Positions 22,763-36,283 of a DNA stretch of 64,000 nt are shown one piece after another. The stretch comes from an uncultured delta proteobacterium (GTDB lineage: Bacteria > Myxococcota_A > Polyangia > Haliangiales > Haliangiaceae). Location of the stretch: NCBI GenBank assembly GCA_963848295.1, contig CAWKDB010000002.1, positions 1,248,001-1,312,000 on the forward strand. Direction: 5' to 3'. The notes beneath the pieces are model-generated. The model saw nothing but the letters and a program-made list of their open reading frames with translations, searched no databases and was not told the origin of the DNA. Made by a program: the position numbers and the translations under genes. The stretch's first letter is position 1; each line of letters opens with the position of its first letter.

Positions 22763-23686
22763 CTAGCGCGATCCGGAGATGACCCGCGGCGGATCCGCGA
22801 GCTCGAGTACCTCGATCGGACCGCCGAATATCTTCGTCATTCCGACATCGATCCGCCACAGCGCGCCGTCACACCGTGACGTGATGTGCTCCGGTTGCTG
22901 CACGGTGTGACCGACCACCATGCGCTGCGCGCCGAGCGCGTGCAGCGCCGCGTGTAACGCATCGCAATCGACCTGATCGCCGCCGAGCGCGCGCGTCCAC
23001 ACCGGGCCATCCTGCGCGTTCGCGACCGCCGGCGGTGGGCCCTGGCCGTCGAGCCAGCACCGCGCCGCGAGGTTCGTCGCCGCGACCGCGCCGGCCCAGT
23101 CGCCGAGCACGCCGGCGTGCGAGAACACCGTGCCATCGACGATCGCGATCACGTCGTGGGTGGCGAGTCGCTTCGCCCACTTCCCGCCGGGCGCGAGCTC
23201 GTGCGCGCGATCGCCGTCGAAGTCGCGGTCGCCGCCCGGGGTGACGTAGCGAAAATCCCCCTCCGCGTTCATCAGCTCGTGATTGCCGAGCAACGGGACC
23301 ACCGCGCCGCCGGCGGCCGTCGCTTGCCGACCGACGCGATCGAGCAGCTCGAGGATCCCGGTCTCACCGTCGCCGCGATCGAGCACGTCGCCGGTTTGCA
23401 CGACGACGAGGTCGCCACCGATCCAATGGTCGCTCGCGTCGATCGCGCCCGCCGCGCGCAACGCCGCGCGAGCCGCATCGAGGTCGCCGTGGAGATCGCC
23501 GATCGCGACGAGGCGATGGTTCGCGACGACCGGCGGATTCGCGACGAGCGTGCACGGCTTGCCGGCCGCCGGCGCGGGCGCGGGCGCGATCGGCGGAGCC
23601 GGCGTTGGCTCGTGGTGCCCCCGATCGCAGCTCGAGACCGCGGCGAGCGCGAGCGCGAGGGCGAGCGTGACGAGCCGGGCCGGCAT
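22763..23686 (-). CDS. Metallophosphoesterase, Shewanella-like (SLP) PPP phosphatase, with a lipoprotein signal
   Basis: GDLHGD, QTGDVLDRG, LLGNHE, FSHAG, GPVWTR, MVVGHT, RIDVG; lipobox AVSSC. Confidence 0.85.
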   Translation of the reverse strand: MPARLVTLALALALAAVSSCDRGHHEPTPAPPIAPAPAPAAGKPCTLVANPPVVANHRLVAIGDLHGDLDAARAALRAAGAIDASDHWIGGDLVVVQTGDVLDRGDGETGILELLDRVGRQATAAGGAVVPLLGNHELMNAEGDFRYVTPGGDRDFDGDRAHELAPGGKWAKRLATHDVIAIVDGTVFSHAGVLGDWAGAVAATNLAARCWLDGQGPPPAVANAQDGPVWTRALGGDQVDCDALHAALHALGAQRMVVGHTVQQPEHITSRCDGALWRIDVGMTKIFGGPIEVLELADPPRVISGSR

Positions 23687-23743
23687 CGCCGGCGAGCGTA
23701 TCAGCTACGAGCTCCACGATCGTCCCGGCTTTGCCGACCGTCG

Positions 23744-24529
23744 TTACTTCTTCGCGGCGAACAGCTCGTCGAAGAACGCCTTCATCGCGGCCCACGACCG
23801 CGCATCGGCCTTCGCATCGTAGGCGCAGCCGGTCGAGGGATCGCTACCCGCGGACGGGTCGGTGAAGCAATGCACCGCGCCCCCGTACGAGACGAGCTGC
23901 CAGTCGACCTTTGCGTCGGTCAGCTCCTTCTGAAACGCGGCGAAGTCAGCCGGCGATTCATGCGGATCGGCTGCACCGTGCAGCACGAGCAGCTTCGCCT
24001 TGATGTTCTTGCCGTCGGCCGGCGCTGGCGAATCGAGGCCGCCGTGAAACGACACGATGCCGTCGACCGGTGCGCCGCTGCGACCGAGCTCGATCGCGGT
24101 CGTACCGCCGAAGCAGTAGCCGATCGCGGCGGTCTTCGTAGCATCGACCTTCGGGTTCTTGATCATCGTGTCGAACGCCGCATCGACGCGATCGCGCAGC
24201 AGCTTGCGATCGCTCTTGTACTTGCCGGCGAGCGCGCCCGCTTCTTGTTTCGTCGTCGGGCGCACGCCCTTGCCGTAGATATCTGCGGCGAACGCGACGT
24301 AGCCCAAGCCAGCGAGCATGTCGGCGCGCCTGCGCGCGTTGTCGTCGAGTCCCATCCAGGCGTGAACGACCAGTATGCCCGGGCGCTTACCTTTCGCGGC
24401 GTCGTCCCACGCGAGGTAACCCTCGAGCTTGGCGTCGCCTTGCTCGTACTCGACGAGCTGGTGGCGGACCTTTGCATGCGCGCTGCCCGCTGCGAACGCG
24501 ACGACCAAGATCGTGATCAACGGCTTCAT
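23744..24529 (-). CDS. Dienelactone hydrolase family protein (exported)
   Basis: IGYCFGG nucleophile elbow, SFHGGL, LHGAAD, YGGAVHCFT; signal peptide. Confidence 0.9.
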   Translation of the reverse strand: MKPLITILVVAFAAGSAHAKVRHQLVEYEQGDAKLEGYLAWDDAAKGKRPGILVVHAWMGLDDNARRRADMLAGLGYVAFAADIYGKGVRPTTKQEAGALAGKYKSDRKLLRDRVDAAFDTMIKNPKVDATKTAAIGYCFGGTTAIELGRSGAPVDGIVSFHGGLDSPAPADGKNIKAKLLVLHGAADPHESPADFAAFQKELTDAKVDWQLVSYGGAVHCFTDPSAGSDPSTGCAYDAKADARSWAAMKAFFDELFAAKK

Positions 24530-24555
24530 GCGCCGCATCCTCGCAGATGTCGGGC

Positions 24556-25430
24556 CTATTCGGGCGGCGGGGCGTTCGCGACCAGTCCGACGACGACCGT
24601 GATGTTGTCATCACCGCCGCGATCGTTCGCGAGCTCGATCAACGTCTCGGGCAACCGGCGATACCAGGTCATCGCGATGATGCGCTCGAGCTCCGCGGCC
24701 TCGACGTAGTTCGACATCCCGTCCGAGCACAACACGAAGCAGTCGCCCGGCGACAGCGGCACGCTCTTGATGTCGGCATCCGTGTCGCGCTCGAAGCCGA
24801 TCGACCGCGTGATCACGTGGCGGAACTTGCTCGACTTCGCATCCTCCTCGGTGATCGCGCCGAGCTTGAGCTGCTCGGCGATCCACGAGTGGTCGTCGGT
24901 GAGCTGGGTCAGCTGGCCATCGCGGAACATGTAGCAGCGCGAGTCGCCGGCGTGGACGAGGTTCGCGCGCCCGCCGTGGACGAGCAGCGCGGTCAGCGTC
25001 GTGCCCATCCCGCGCAGCTCGGGCTGAGCCCACGCCGCGTCGTGGATCGCGGTCGACGCGCGGCGCACCGCTTCGCGCATGACCTCGAGCGCGGGCGAGA
25101 ACACGACGACGCCACCCGGCTGTCTCGGGATCGTCGGCTCGAACCCGCTCGGCACGTCCTCGCGCGGCGGCGCGCCGGTCGACAGCATCGGCTCGGTCGT
25201 GCGAGCCGCCGCGTCGCGCGTCCTGCGCAACGCCGCATCGAAGTCGCCGCGCGACGCCGCGAGCTCGCTGCCGAGCAGCTCGACGGCCATCCGGCTCGCC
25301 GTCGCGCCGCCCTGATGACCGCCCATCCCATCGGCGACCGCGAGCACACCGGTGGTCGGATCGACGAGGTAGCTGTCTTCGTTGCGATCGCGCTTCTTAC
25401 CCGGATCGCTCTGCCCCCACGCCCACAACC

Positions 25431-25434
<4 letters not shown>
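24556..25434 (-). CDS. PP2C-family Ser/Thr protein phosphatase
   Basis: [44 protein letters not shown]. The ATG overlaps the spoVR TGA (ATGA). Confidence 0.93.
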
Positions 25435-26933
<1,499 letters not shown>

Positions 26934-26934
26934 G

Positions 26935-28054
<1,120 letters not shown>

Positions 28055-28076
28055 CAGCGACCTCGCTTTCGCTCGG

Positions 28077-28300
28077 TCATACCGCCACGTCCGCGATCTC
28101 GCCGCGCTCGTTGACGAAGCACAGCCGGCCGCCGTGGCGCTTCGTGCGTTGCACCATCTCGAGCAGGCCGAGCGCGCGCGACATCACGTCGCCCGGGTCA
28201 TCGGTGCCGAGCTCGACGCACAGCCGCGCGAGCAGCTCGGCCAGCGTGTGGTTGAGCTCGACCTGGACCGGCCCTATGCCCATGCCGTCGGACATCGTCA

Positions 28301-28301
<1 letters not shown>
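28077..28301 (-). CDS. Small ribbon-helix-helix-like protein
   Basis: 74-aa ORF whose ATG overlaps the prkA TAA (TAATG). Beta-strand VQVEL followed by two helices ([27 protein letters not shown]). Confidence 0.65.
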
Positions 28302-30354
<2,053 letters not shown>

Positions 30355-30401
30355 GGATCGAACGTAGCACGGTTGCTCGGGCGCAGTTATCCTCGCGACC
30401 G

Positions 30402-30641
30402 GTGAGCGCTCTCGTCGCTGCGATGATGGTTTCGGGCGTCGCCGCAGCGGAGCCAGCGCCGGTGAATTTGCTCGAGACCGTGCCTGCGACCGTGGCGGCA
30501 TCGTCGAGCTTGGCGCATCGCACAGGCCGGGTGCTTCAATTCGAGTCGACGTTTGGGGCAAGACAAGACCGGGAAAGGCTCGACCCGAACGGATCGCACC
30601 GAGCACTTCGGTGGACCGGCTCCGCGTACATAGCGAGGTAG
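30402..30641 (+). pseudogene. 79-aa ORF, probable internally deleted remnant of a secreted protein
   Basis: TATCCT box 8 nt before GTG; signal-like start and AEPAPVNLL; ends [11 protein letters not shown]; no complete domain. Confidence 0.35.
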
Positions 30642-30736
30642 TCGGGCCGAACGCGACAGCGCTGGGGCGTCCTGGTGTGCGGGTGATCATCGAGCGAGCG
30701 CATCGCGCCGGCGATAATCGACGCGAAAGGGAGCCC

Positions 30737-31393
30737 ATGCGAACCATTAGCCTCGTGATCGCGCTCGCCGCGATGGTGGCCTGCAACGGCAAATCGAGCT
30801 CGAGCGCGACCACGGACACCGGGGCCGGCAGCGACACGGGCGCCGCAGCGTGCACCTCGGATCTCACCTGTGCGCAGCCGACGCCCTACTGCGACACGAT
30901 GATCGACCAGTGCGTCGGGTGTCTCAGCGATACCAACTGCGGCAACGGTCGGTCGTGCAACGCGGACTCGCACAAGTGCGTGCAGTGCGCGATGGACACG
31001 CAGTGCGGCGGCAACACGCCGTACTGCTCGAGCGAGGGCGCGTGCGTGCAGTGCGTCGCGAACGGCAACTGCATGACCGGAGAGGGCTGCAACGCGATGA
31101 ACCGGTGCGAGCCGACGTGCGCCGACAGCACGACCTGCCACGCGCCGACCGCGGTCTGCGATACCGCGACGATGTTCTGCGTCGAATGCCTCGTGAAGAC
31201 CGACTGCAAGACCGCGCTCGCCCCGGTCTGCGACACGACGACGAACACCTGCGTGCAGTGCGCGATGGACAGCGACTGCCCGATGGAAACGCCGAAGTGC
31301 GACACGACGCGGAACGCATGCGTGCAGTGCCTGATCGACACCGACTGCACGACCGCCGGGCAGACGTGCACGAACGGATTCTGCCGGGGCTAG
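30737..31393 (+). CDS. Cys-rich repeat lipoprotein
   Basis: GGGAG SD; lipobox MVAC; about seven repeats of C(V)xCxxDxxC...PxC. Confidence 0.85.
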   Translation: MRTISLVIALAAMVACNGKSSSSATTDTGAGSDTGAAACTSDLTCAQPTPYCDTMIDQCVGCLSDTNCGNGRSCNADSHKCVQCAMDTQCGGNTPYCSSEGACVQCVANGNCMTGEGCNAMNRCEPTCADSTTCHAPTAVCDTATMFCVECLVKTDCKTALAPVCDTTTNTCVQCAMDSDCPMETPKCDTTRNACVQCLIDTDCTTAGQTCTNGFCRG

Positions 31394-32478
31394 TGCGTGT
31401 ACTTCGCGACGTTGCGCTTGTGCTCGTCGAACGTCTTCGAGAACGCGTGATTGCGCGCGTCCTTCGCGACGAAGTAGAGAAAGTCCGAGCCGTCGGGCGC
31501 TAGCACCGCTTCGATCGAGCTCTTGCCGGGGTTGCTGATCGGCCCGGGCGGCAGGCCTTCGTGTTGATACGTGTTGTACGGGTTGTCTTTGTCGTCGAGC
31601 TGCGCGCGGTGCAGGCGATCGCGCTTGTCCCAACCCTGACACGGCGCGGATTTCTGCACCGGGACGGTGCAGCCGTAGCGAATCGTCGGATCGGTCTCGA
31701 GCCGCTTCGACTTGAAGTCCGGGAAGGTCAGCCGGTTGATGAACACTTGCGCGATCCGCGGGCGCTCGGCCGGATCGACGGCCTCCTTTTCGACGATCGA
31801 CGCCATCACGAGGATGTCGCGATCGCTCCAGTGCAATTTCTCCTTCAGCTTCGCGGCATCGCGCGGATGCGCGGCGAGGAGATCGTTCCACACCTCCTGC
31901 TGGCGCGCGATCAGCCGATCGAGCACGACGCGCGGCTTCTCGCCGACTCGAAACGAATAGGTGTCGGGGAACAAGTAGCCCTCGACGGTGTCGCCCGCGA
32001 TGCCATGCGTGGCCAAGAAATCGCGGTCACGCGCGAGCGCTTCGAGATCTTTCGCGCTTGCGACCCGCGCGGCCTCGAGCAGGTCGAAGAACTCGAGCAT
32101 GTTCTTACCCTCCGGCAGCGTGACCCGCGTCGTCTCTTCCTTGACGCCGGAGACCAGGATCTTCAAGACCGCCGCGGGCGTGAGGTCGTCCTTGATGACG
32201 TACTTGCCGGTCTTGACGTTCGTCGTCTCGCCCTTCCACATCGCATAGAGGTGGAACCAGGTCGGGTGATCGATCACGCCCTTGTCGGCGAGCAGCTGCG
32301 CGACCTGCACCGCGCTCATCCCGTTCTTGATCTCGATCTCGACGCCGCCGCCGCGGCCATCGTGGACGGCATCGGGGTATTGCAGCGCGCGGTGAATGAA
32401 GTACCCCGCGATCGAGACGACGAGCACGACCGAGCCGATCACGACGGCTAAGGCGACTCGGAACGACCGTTGCGACAT
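31390..32478 (-). CDS. mltG: Endolytic transglycosylase MltG
   Basis: N-terminal TM; VTLPEG, EGYLFPDTY, ASIVEKEA, LETDPT, NPYNTY, GLPPGPISNPG, LYFVA. Confidence 0.95.
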   Translation of the reverse strand: MSQRSFRVALAVVIGSVVLVVSIAGYFIHRALQYPDAVHDGRGGGVEIEIKNGMSAVQVAQLLADKGVIDHPTWFHLYAMWKGETTNVKTGKYVIKDDLTPAAVLKILVSGVKEETTRVTLPEGKNMLEFFDLLEAARVASAKDLEALARDRDFLATHGIAGDTVEGYLFPDTYSFRVGEKPRVVLDRLIARQQEVWNDLLAAHPRDAAKLKEKLHWSDRDILVMASIVEKEAVDPAERPRIAQVFINRLTFPDFKSKRLETDPTIRYGCTVPVQKSAPCQGWDKRDRLHRAQLDDKDNPYNTYQHEGLPPGPISNPGKSSIEAVLAPDGSDFLYFVAKDARNHAFSKTFDEHKRNVAKYTH

Positions 32479-32490
32479 GGCGGGGCGACG

Positions 32491-32916
32491 TTACTTGCTC
32501 GGGCGGGGCGCGTCGAGCCACGCCTGAAGGATGAGCGCGGCGGCTTGTCGATCGATCACGGCCTTGCGCTTCTTGCGCGACACATCGGCCGCGACGAGCA
32601 CGCGTTCGGCCTGGGCGGTAGTGAAACGCTCGTCGCAGTAGTGCAATTCCGCCCGACCGCCGAGCGCGTGGCCGAGCGCATCGCCCAAGACGCGAACTCG
32701 CCGGGCGCGGTGACCTACCCGACCGGACAGCTCGTACGGCATCCCGACGACCACATCGGTGATGGTGTAGTCGGTCACGAGTGTCAAAATCGCCGACACG
32801 TCACTGTCGGTTCCGCTGCGTTCGATGACGACGAGCGGATGTGCGGCGATGTTGGCCTCGTCGGTCACCGCCACACCGATCGTCGCTTGCCCGACATCGA
32901 GACCCAGCGCGCGCAT
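32491..32916 (-). CDS. ruvX: Holliday junction resolvase-like / pre-16S rRNA nuclease RuvX (YqgF)
   Basis: LGLDVG, IGVAVTD, VVGMP, DERFTT, IDRQAAALILQ; ruvX-mltG synteny. Confidence 0.93.
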   Translation of the reverse strand: MRALGLDVGQATIGVAVTDEANIAAHPLVVIERSGTDSDVSAILTLVTDYTITDVVVGMPYELSGRVGHRARRVRVLGDALGHALGGRAELHYCDERFTTAQAERVLVAADVSRKKRKAVIDRQAAALILQAWLDAPRPSK

Positions 32917-32956
32917 CGCCACGAGCATAAGGTGCGGCCTCGGTTCGCGTCGGCGC

Positions 32957-32994
32957 AAAAATAAAGGCCCTGCAAGGGGGGACCTGCAGGGCCT
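32957..32994 (-). terminator. Intrinsic terminator
   Basis: 10-bp stem AGGCCCTGCA/TGCAGGGCCT followed on the minus strand by TTATTTTT. Confidence 0.8.
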
Positions 32995-33090
32995 GGGCGC
33001 TGATCGCGGTAGCTACTTGTTGCCTCAGGTGGTGGGGGAGACCAATGGGATGAGGGGGAGGGAACCACGGGTCATCCACCGAGTCGAAAC
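32957..33090 (-). ncRNA. Candidate sRNA with C-rich (UCCCCC) hairpin loops; 5' end unknown
   Basis: Three GGGGGA motifs on the + strand, each inside a hairpin, ending in an intrinsic terminator with no convincing upstream CDS. Confidence 0.5.
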
Positions 33091-33388
33091 TTTGGCTATC
33101 GCGTCGCGCGTCGTGAACCTTTGATTGTCAAACCGAGTCGGCCGTCTTCCCATTCCTTAGAGGAGGGTTAGCGTCGCCCGGTTGCTTGTTTTCATAAGCA
33201 CGCGCCAGGCCAGTTGCGGTCGAGATCATGCCGACGCAGAAACGCACCCTTACGGACCGAAGAACGTCTGGCGGCTCACCACGTGTGCACCGATGGCAGC
33301 AGCGGCTGTCACCCGTGGGTATCAGCATGGCCAGTCGGGTTGCCACCTGGGTAAATCCGATTCGGCTGAATCAGGTACTCTGCCCGCC

Positions 33389-33679
33389 ATGTCAGACGAT
33401 CCCGGCCCGTCGCCAAAGCTTCAGCTCCAGATCGACGAGGACATCGCCCAGGGCGTCTACGCGAACCTCGTCATCATCAATCACGCCGAGAACGAGTTCG
33501 TGCTGGACTTTTGCTTCGTTCAGCCGACCAACGGGCGCGCGAAGGTCCGCGCGCGCGTGATCTCATCGCCGCGCCACACGAAGCGGCTGCTCAACGCGCT
33601 GCAGAAGAACGTCGAACGTTACGAAGAGCGCTTCGGCTTGATCGAGCTCGGGCCCGACGAAGAGCCGGTGATGCACTAG
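33389..33679 (+). CDS. DUF3467 domain protein
   Basis: LQIDEDIAQGVYANLVIINH...EFVLDF...RARVISSPRHTKRLLNAL..NVERYEERFG. Confidence 0.88.
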   Translation: MSDDPGPSPKLQLQIDEDIAQGVYANLVIINHAENEFVLDFCFVQPTNGRAKVRARVISSPRHTKRLLNALQKNVERYEERFGLIELGPDEEPVMH

Positions 33680-33682
33680 CCG

Positions 33683-34621
33683 TTAGGCGACGGCCCCATC
33701 GAGAACCTCGAGCACGCCCGCATCGAGATCGAGCACGGCGCGTGCACCGAACGCGATCGGCTCGTTGCGATCGCCATGACCGACCGGAGCGCCGGTCGCC
33801 GAGCGCACCCCCGCGGCGGCGATCCGCTCCACCATCGTCGCGAGCGCCGCGCCTTCCGGATCGGGCACGCCGGTCGGCGGGTTTGGATCGACGCAGCGCG
33901 CGAGGTCGCCGACGATCAGCGCGGCCGTGGCTGCGAGCGCGCCGGTCTGGGCGAGCTGCGTGACGTAGCGATCGAGCTCGTACGGACGCTCGCCGACATC
34001 TTCGACGATCGCGATCGCGCCGGCGAGCGGCAACGCCCATCGCGTCCCGACGAGCATCGCAGTCATCGTGAGATTTGCCGCGATCAAATGACCGCGCACC
34101 GTGCCCACACCGTGCGATGCGAGCCGCCACGGCCGAACCCCGGCGGGCGTCGGATCGGTGAGCATCCCGATCAGCCGCGACGTCTCGCCGGCATCGAGAT
34201 CGGGCAGCTGCGCGATCACCGGGCCGTGGATGCCGCGCACGCCCGCCGCGTAGGCCCACGCGAGCAGCGCGGTGCCGTCGGAGAAGCCGACGATCGGCTT
34301 CGGGTCGCGTGCGAGTAGCGCGGGATCGAGCAGCGGCAGGATCCGCGTGAGCCCGTAGCCGCCGCGCGCGAGCACGATCGCGCGGATATCCGGATCGCGC
34401 AGCATCTGGGTGAGCTCGTCGGCCCGGACCTCGTCGCTCGCCGCGAGGTAGCTCGGCACGCCGTCGGGATGCGGCGCGGTCACGCTCGGTGCGATCCGCA
34501 GCTCGAACGCATCGCCGAAGCGCTCGAGCCCCCGGCGCAACCGCTCCGGCTTGACCGGGCCGGCCGGCGCGACGATCCCGATCGTCTGACCGCGTTCGAC
34601 GCGCGGTGGAATCGCGGTCAT
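33683..34621 (-). CDS. LD-carboxypeptidase (peptidase S66)
   Basis: IVAPAG, YLAASDEVR, ARGGYG, IVGFSDGT, IHGP, EDVGE, VGHG. Confidence 0.9.
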   Translation of the reverse strand: MTAIPPRVERGQTIGIVAPAGPVKPERLRRGLERFGDAFELRIAPSVTAPHPDGVPSYLAASDEVRADELTQMLRDPDIRAIVLARGGYGLTRILPLLDPALLARDPKPIVGFSDGTALLAWAYAAGVRGIHGPVIAQLPDLDAGETSRLIGMLTDPTPAGVRPWRLASHGVGTVRGHLIAANLTMTAMLVGTRWALPLAGAIAIVEDVGERPYELDRYVTQLAQTGALAATAALIVGDLARCVDPNPPTGVPDPEGAALATMVERIAAAGVRSATGAPVGHGDRNEPIAFGARAVLDLDAGVLEVLDGAVA

Positions 34622-34624
34622 CGC

Positions 34625-35395
34625 TCAGCGCTTCTTGCGACGCCGTCGCGCGCCTGCACCTTTATGCTCGGGTTTCTTGTCATCGTCCCCGCCCTCGCTA
34701 TCGTTGGGCTCGCTGCCTTCATCGTCGCCGGCGACGACCGGAATCTGGCCGGTCGTCGGCTCGAGGCCGAGCGCGCGCAGATCGACCGCGTCCATCGCGA
34801 TCGTCTTCTTGCCTTCGTCGTCTTGCACCGCGGGCAGGATCGCCGGCATCGGCATCGTCGTCCGCATCTGGATCGCCGCAGCGGGCGTCGTGTCGCGGTG
34901 GATCCGCCCGCGCAACGCGACCTCGGCCTCGGCCTCGGCCGCCGCCTCGGCGAGGATCGCGGCCGGCACCTCGTCCGCCGTGGTCGGCGCGTCCATCACG
35001 CTCGTGTTGCGGCCGTCGTCCATCAGCTCGGTGACGGTCGCGTCGTCTTTGCGCTTGGGATGAACCAGCTCGCGCTTCTTGATCTGCGGAGGGGCCGGCG
35101 GCTCGAGCTCGGGCAGCGTGATTCGAGCCTTCCACCACTTCTTCGCCGCGTCGTTGTCGAGCGCCGGCTTGACCAGCATGCCGGGCACGCGGTCCGAGCC
35201 GCCGACCTGCTCGAAGATCGCTTCGACCTTCGCCTCGAGCACGACGCCGTCATCCGCGGTGATCGCGATCGCGGTCCCGACCGGCATCGGCGTCGGGAGC
35301 TCGATATACCCCGTCGATGGCCGAACCTGCGCGAGCTTGACGCGCTTGCCGAGCGGCAGCCCGCGATACTCGAGATCCACGAACGCGTCGTTCAT
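34625..35395 (-). CDS. Hypothetical protein with a degenerate PilZ/TIGR02266-like N-terminus and a disordered C-terminus
   Basis: GYIELPTPMPVGT...VPGMLV; acidic tail ending RRRKKR. Confidence 0.6.
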   Translation of the reverse strand: MNDAFVDLEYRGLPLGKRVKLAQVRPSTGYIELPTPMPVGTAIAITADDGVVLEAKVEAIFEQVGGSDRVPGMLVKPALDNDAAKKWWKARITLPELEPPAPPQIKKRELVHPKRKDDATVTELMDDGRNTSVMDAPTTADEVPAAILAEAAAEAEAEVALRGRIHRDTTPAAAIQMRTTMPMPAILPAVQDDEGKKTIAMDAVDLRALGLEPTTGQIPVVAGDDEGSEPNDSEGGDDDKKPEHKGAGARRRRKKR

Positions 35396-35431
35396 GACGA
35401 CATCGTAACATCGACGTGGGATGCTGCGCCG

Positions 35432-36283
35432 GTGGGGCTCATCGATCGGATTCGCCAGCTGCGCGGCGCGCCCGGCGACGGCGACGACGACCTCGACGCC
35501 CGGGTCCAGGCGCTGGTCGTCCACGGCAACGAGTTCGGCTTCGATCCGTTCGGCTTGTCGCGCGACTCGATCAAGAATGCGCTGATCGTCGCGCGCTGGT
35601 TTTATCGCCATTACTTTCGCGCGACCGCGTTCGGCATCGACAACTTGCCGGCCGCCGGGCGCGTGCTGCTCGTGTCGAACCATTCCGGCCAGCTCCCGTT
35701 CGATGCGCTCGTCATCGGCTCGGCGTGCTTTCTCGAGCCGGCGCAGCCGCGGTTGCCGCGCGCGATGGTCGAGTACTTCGTCCCGAGCGTCCCGTTCGCG
35801 TCGTACCTGTTCTCGCGCTGGGGCCAGATCACCGGCACACCGGAGAACTGCCGGCGCCTGCTCGCCGCCGAGGAGGCGGTGCTCGTGTTTCCGGAAGGTG
35901 CGCGCGGGATCTCGAAGCCGTTCTCGAGGCGCTACCAGCTCGCCGAGTTCGGCACCGGATTCATGCGGCTCGCGCTCGAGACCGGCACGCCGATCGTGCC
36001 GATCGCGGTGATCGGCGCTGAAGAGCAGGCGCCGTCGATCAACGTCAAGCCTCTCGCGAAGCTGTTCCGATCACCCTCATTTCCGGTCGTGCCTTACCCG
36101 CCGTTCATCGCCGCGGTCCCGCTGCCGGTGAAGTACCGGTTGTACTTCGGCGAACCGATGATGTTCACGGGCGACCCCGACGACGACGACGACGTGCTCG
36201 TCGACAAGGTCAAGACCGTGCGGAAGCGGATCGACGCGATGATCCAAAACGGCCTGCGCGAGCGCGAGCATGTCTTCTGGTGA
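35432..36283 (+). CDS. Lysophospholipid (PlsC-like) acyltransferase family protein
   Basis: NEFGFDPFG, VSNHSGQLPFD, VFPEG, GFMRLALET, PIVP. Confidence 0.9.
   Translation: MGLIDRIRQLRGAPGDGDDDLDARVQALVVHGNEFGFDPFGLSRDSIKNALIVARWFYRHYFRATAFGIDNLPAAGRVLLVSNHSGQLPFDALVIGSACFLEPAQPRLPRAMVEYFVPSVPFASYLFSRWGQITGTPENCRRLLAAEEAVLVFPEGARGISKPFSRRYQLAEFGTGFMRLALETGTPIVPIAVIGAEEQAPSINVKPLAKLFRSPSFPVVPYPPFIAAVPLPVKYRLYFGEPMMFTGDPDDDDDVLVDKVKTVRKRIDAMIQNGLREREHVFW

Noticed and set aside
33025..33153. 42-aa minus-strand ORF (MGRRPTRFDNQ...) over the sRNA candidate
   Set aside because: The AAGGA sits directly against the ATG and codon usage is atypical; kept only as an alternative explanation.
33191..33207. 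Sigma-54 promoter for the sRNA candidate (TGGCGCG...)
   Set aside because: No GC at the required -12 spacing.
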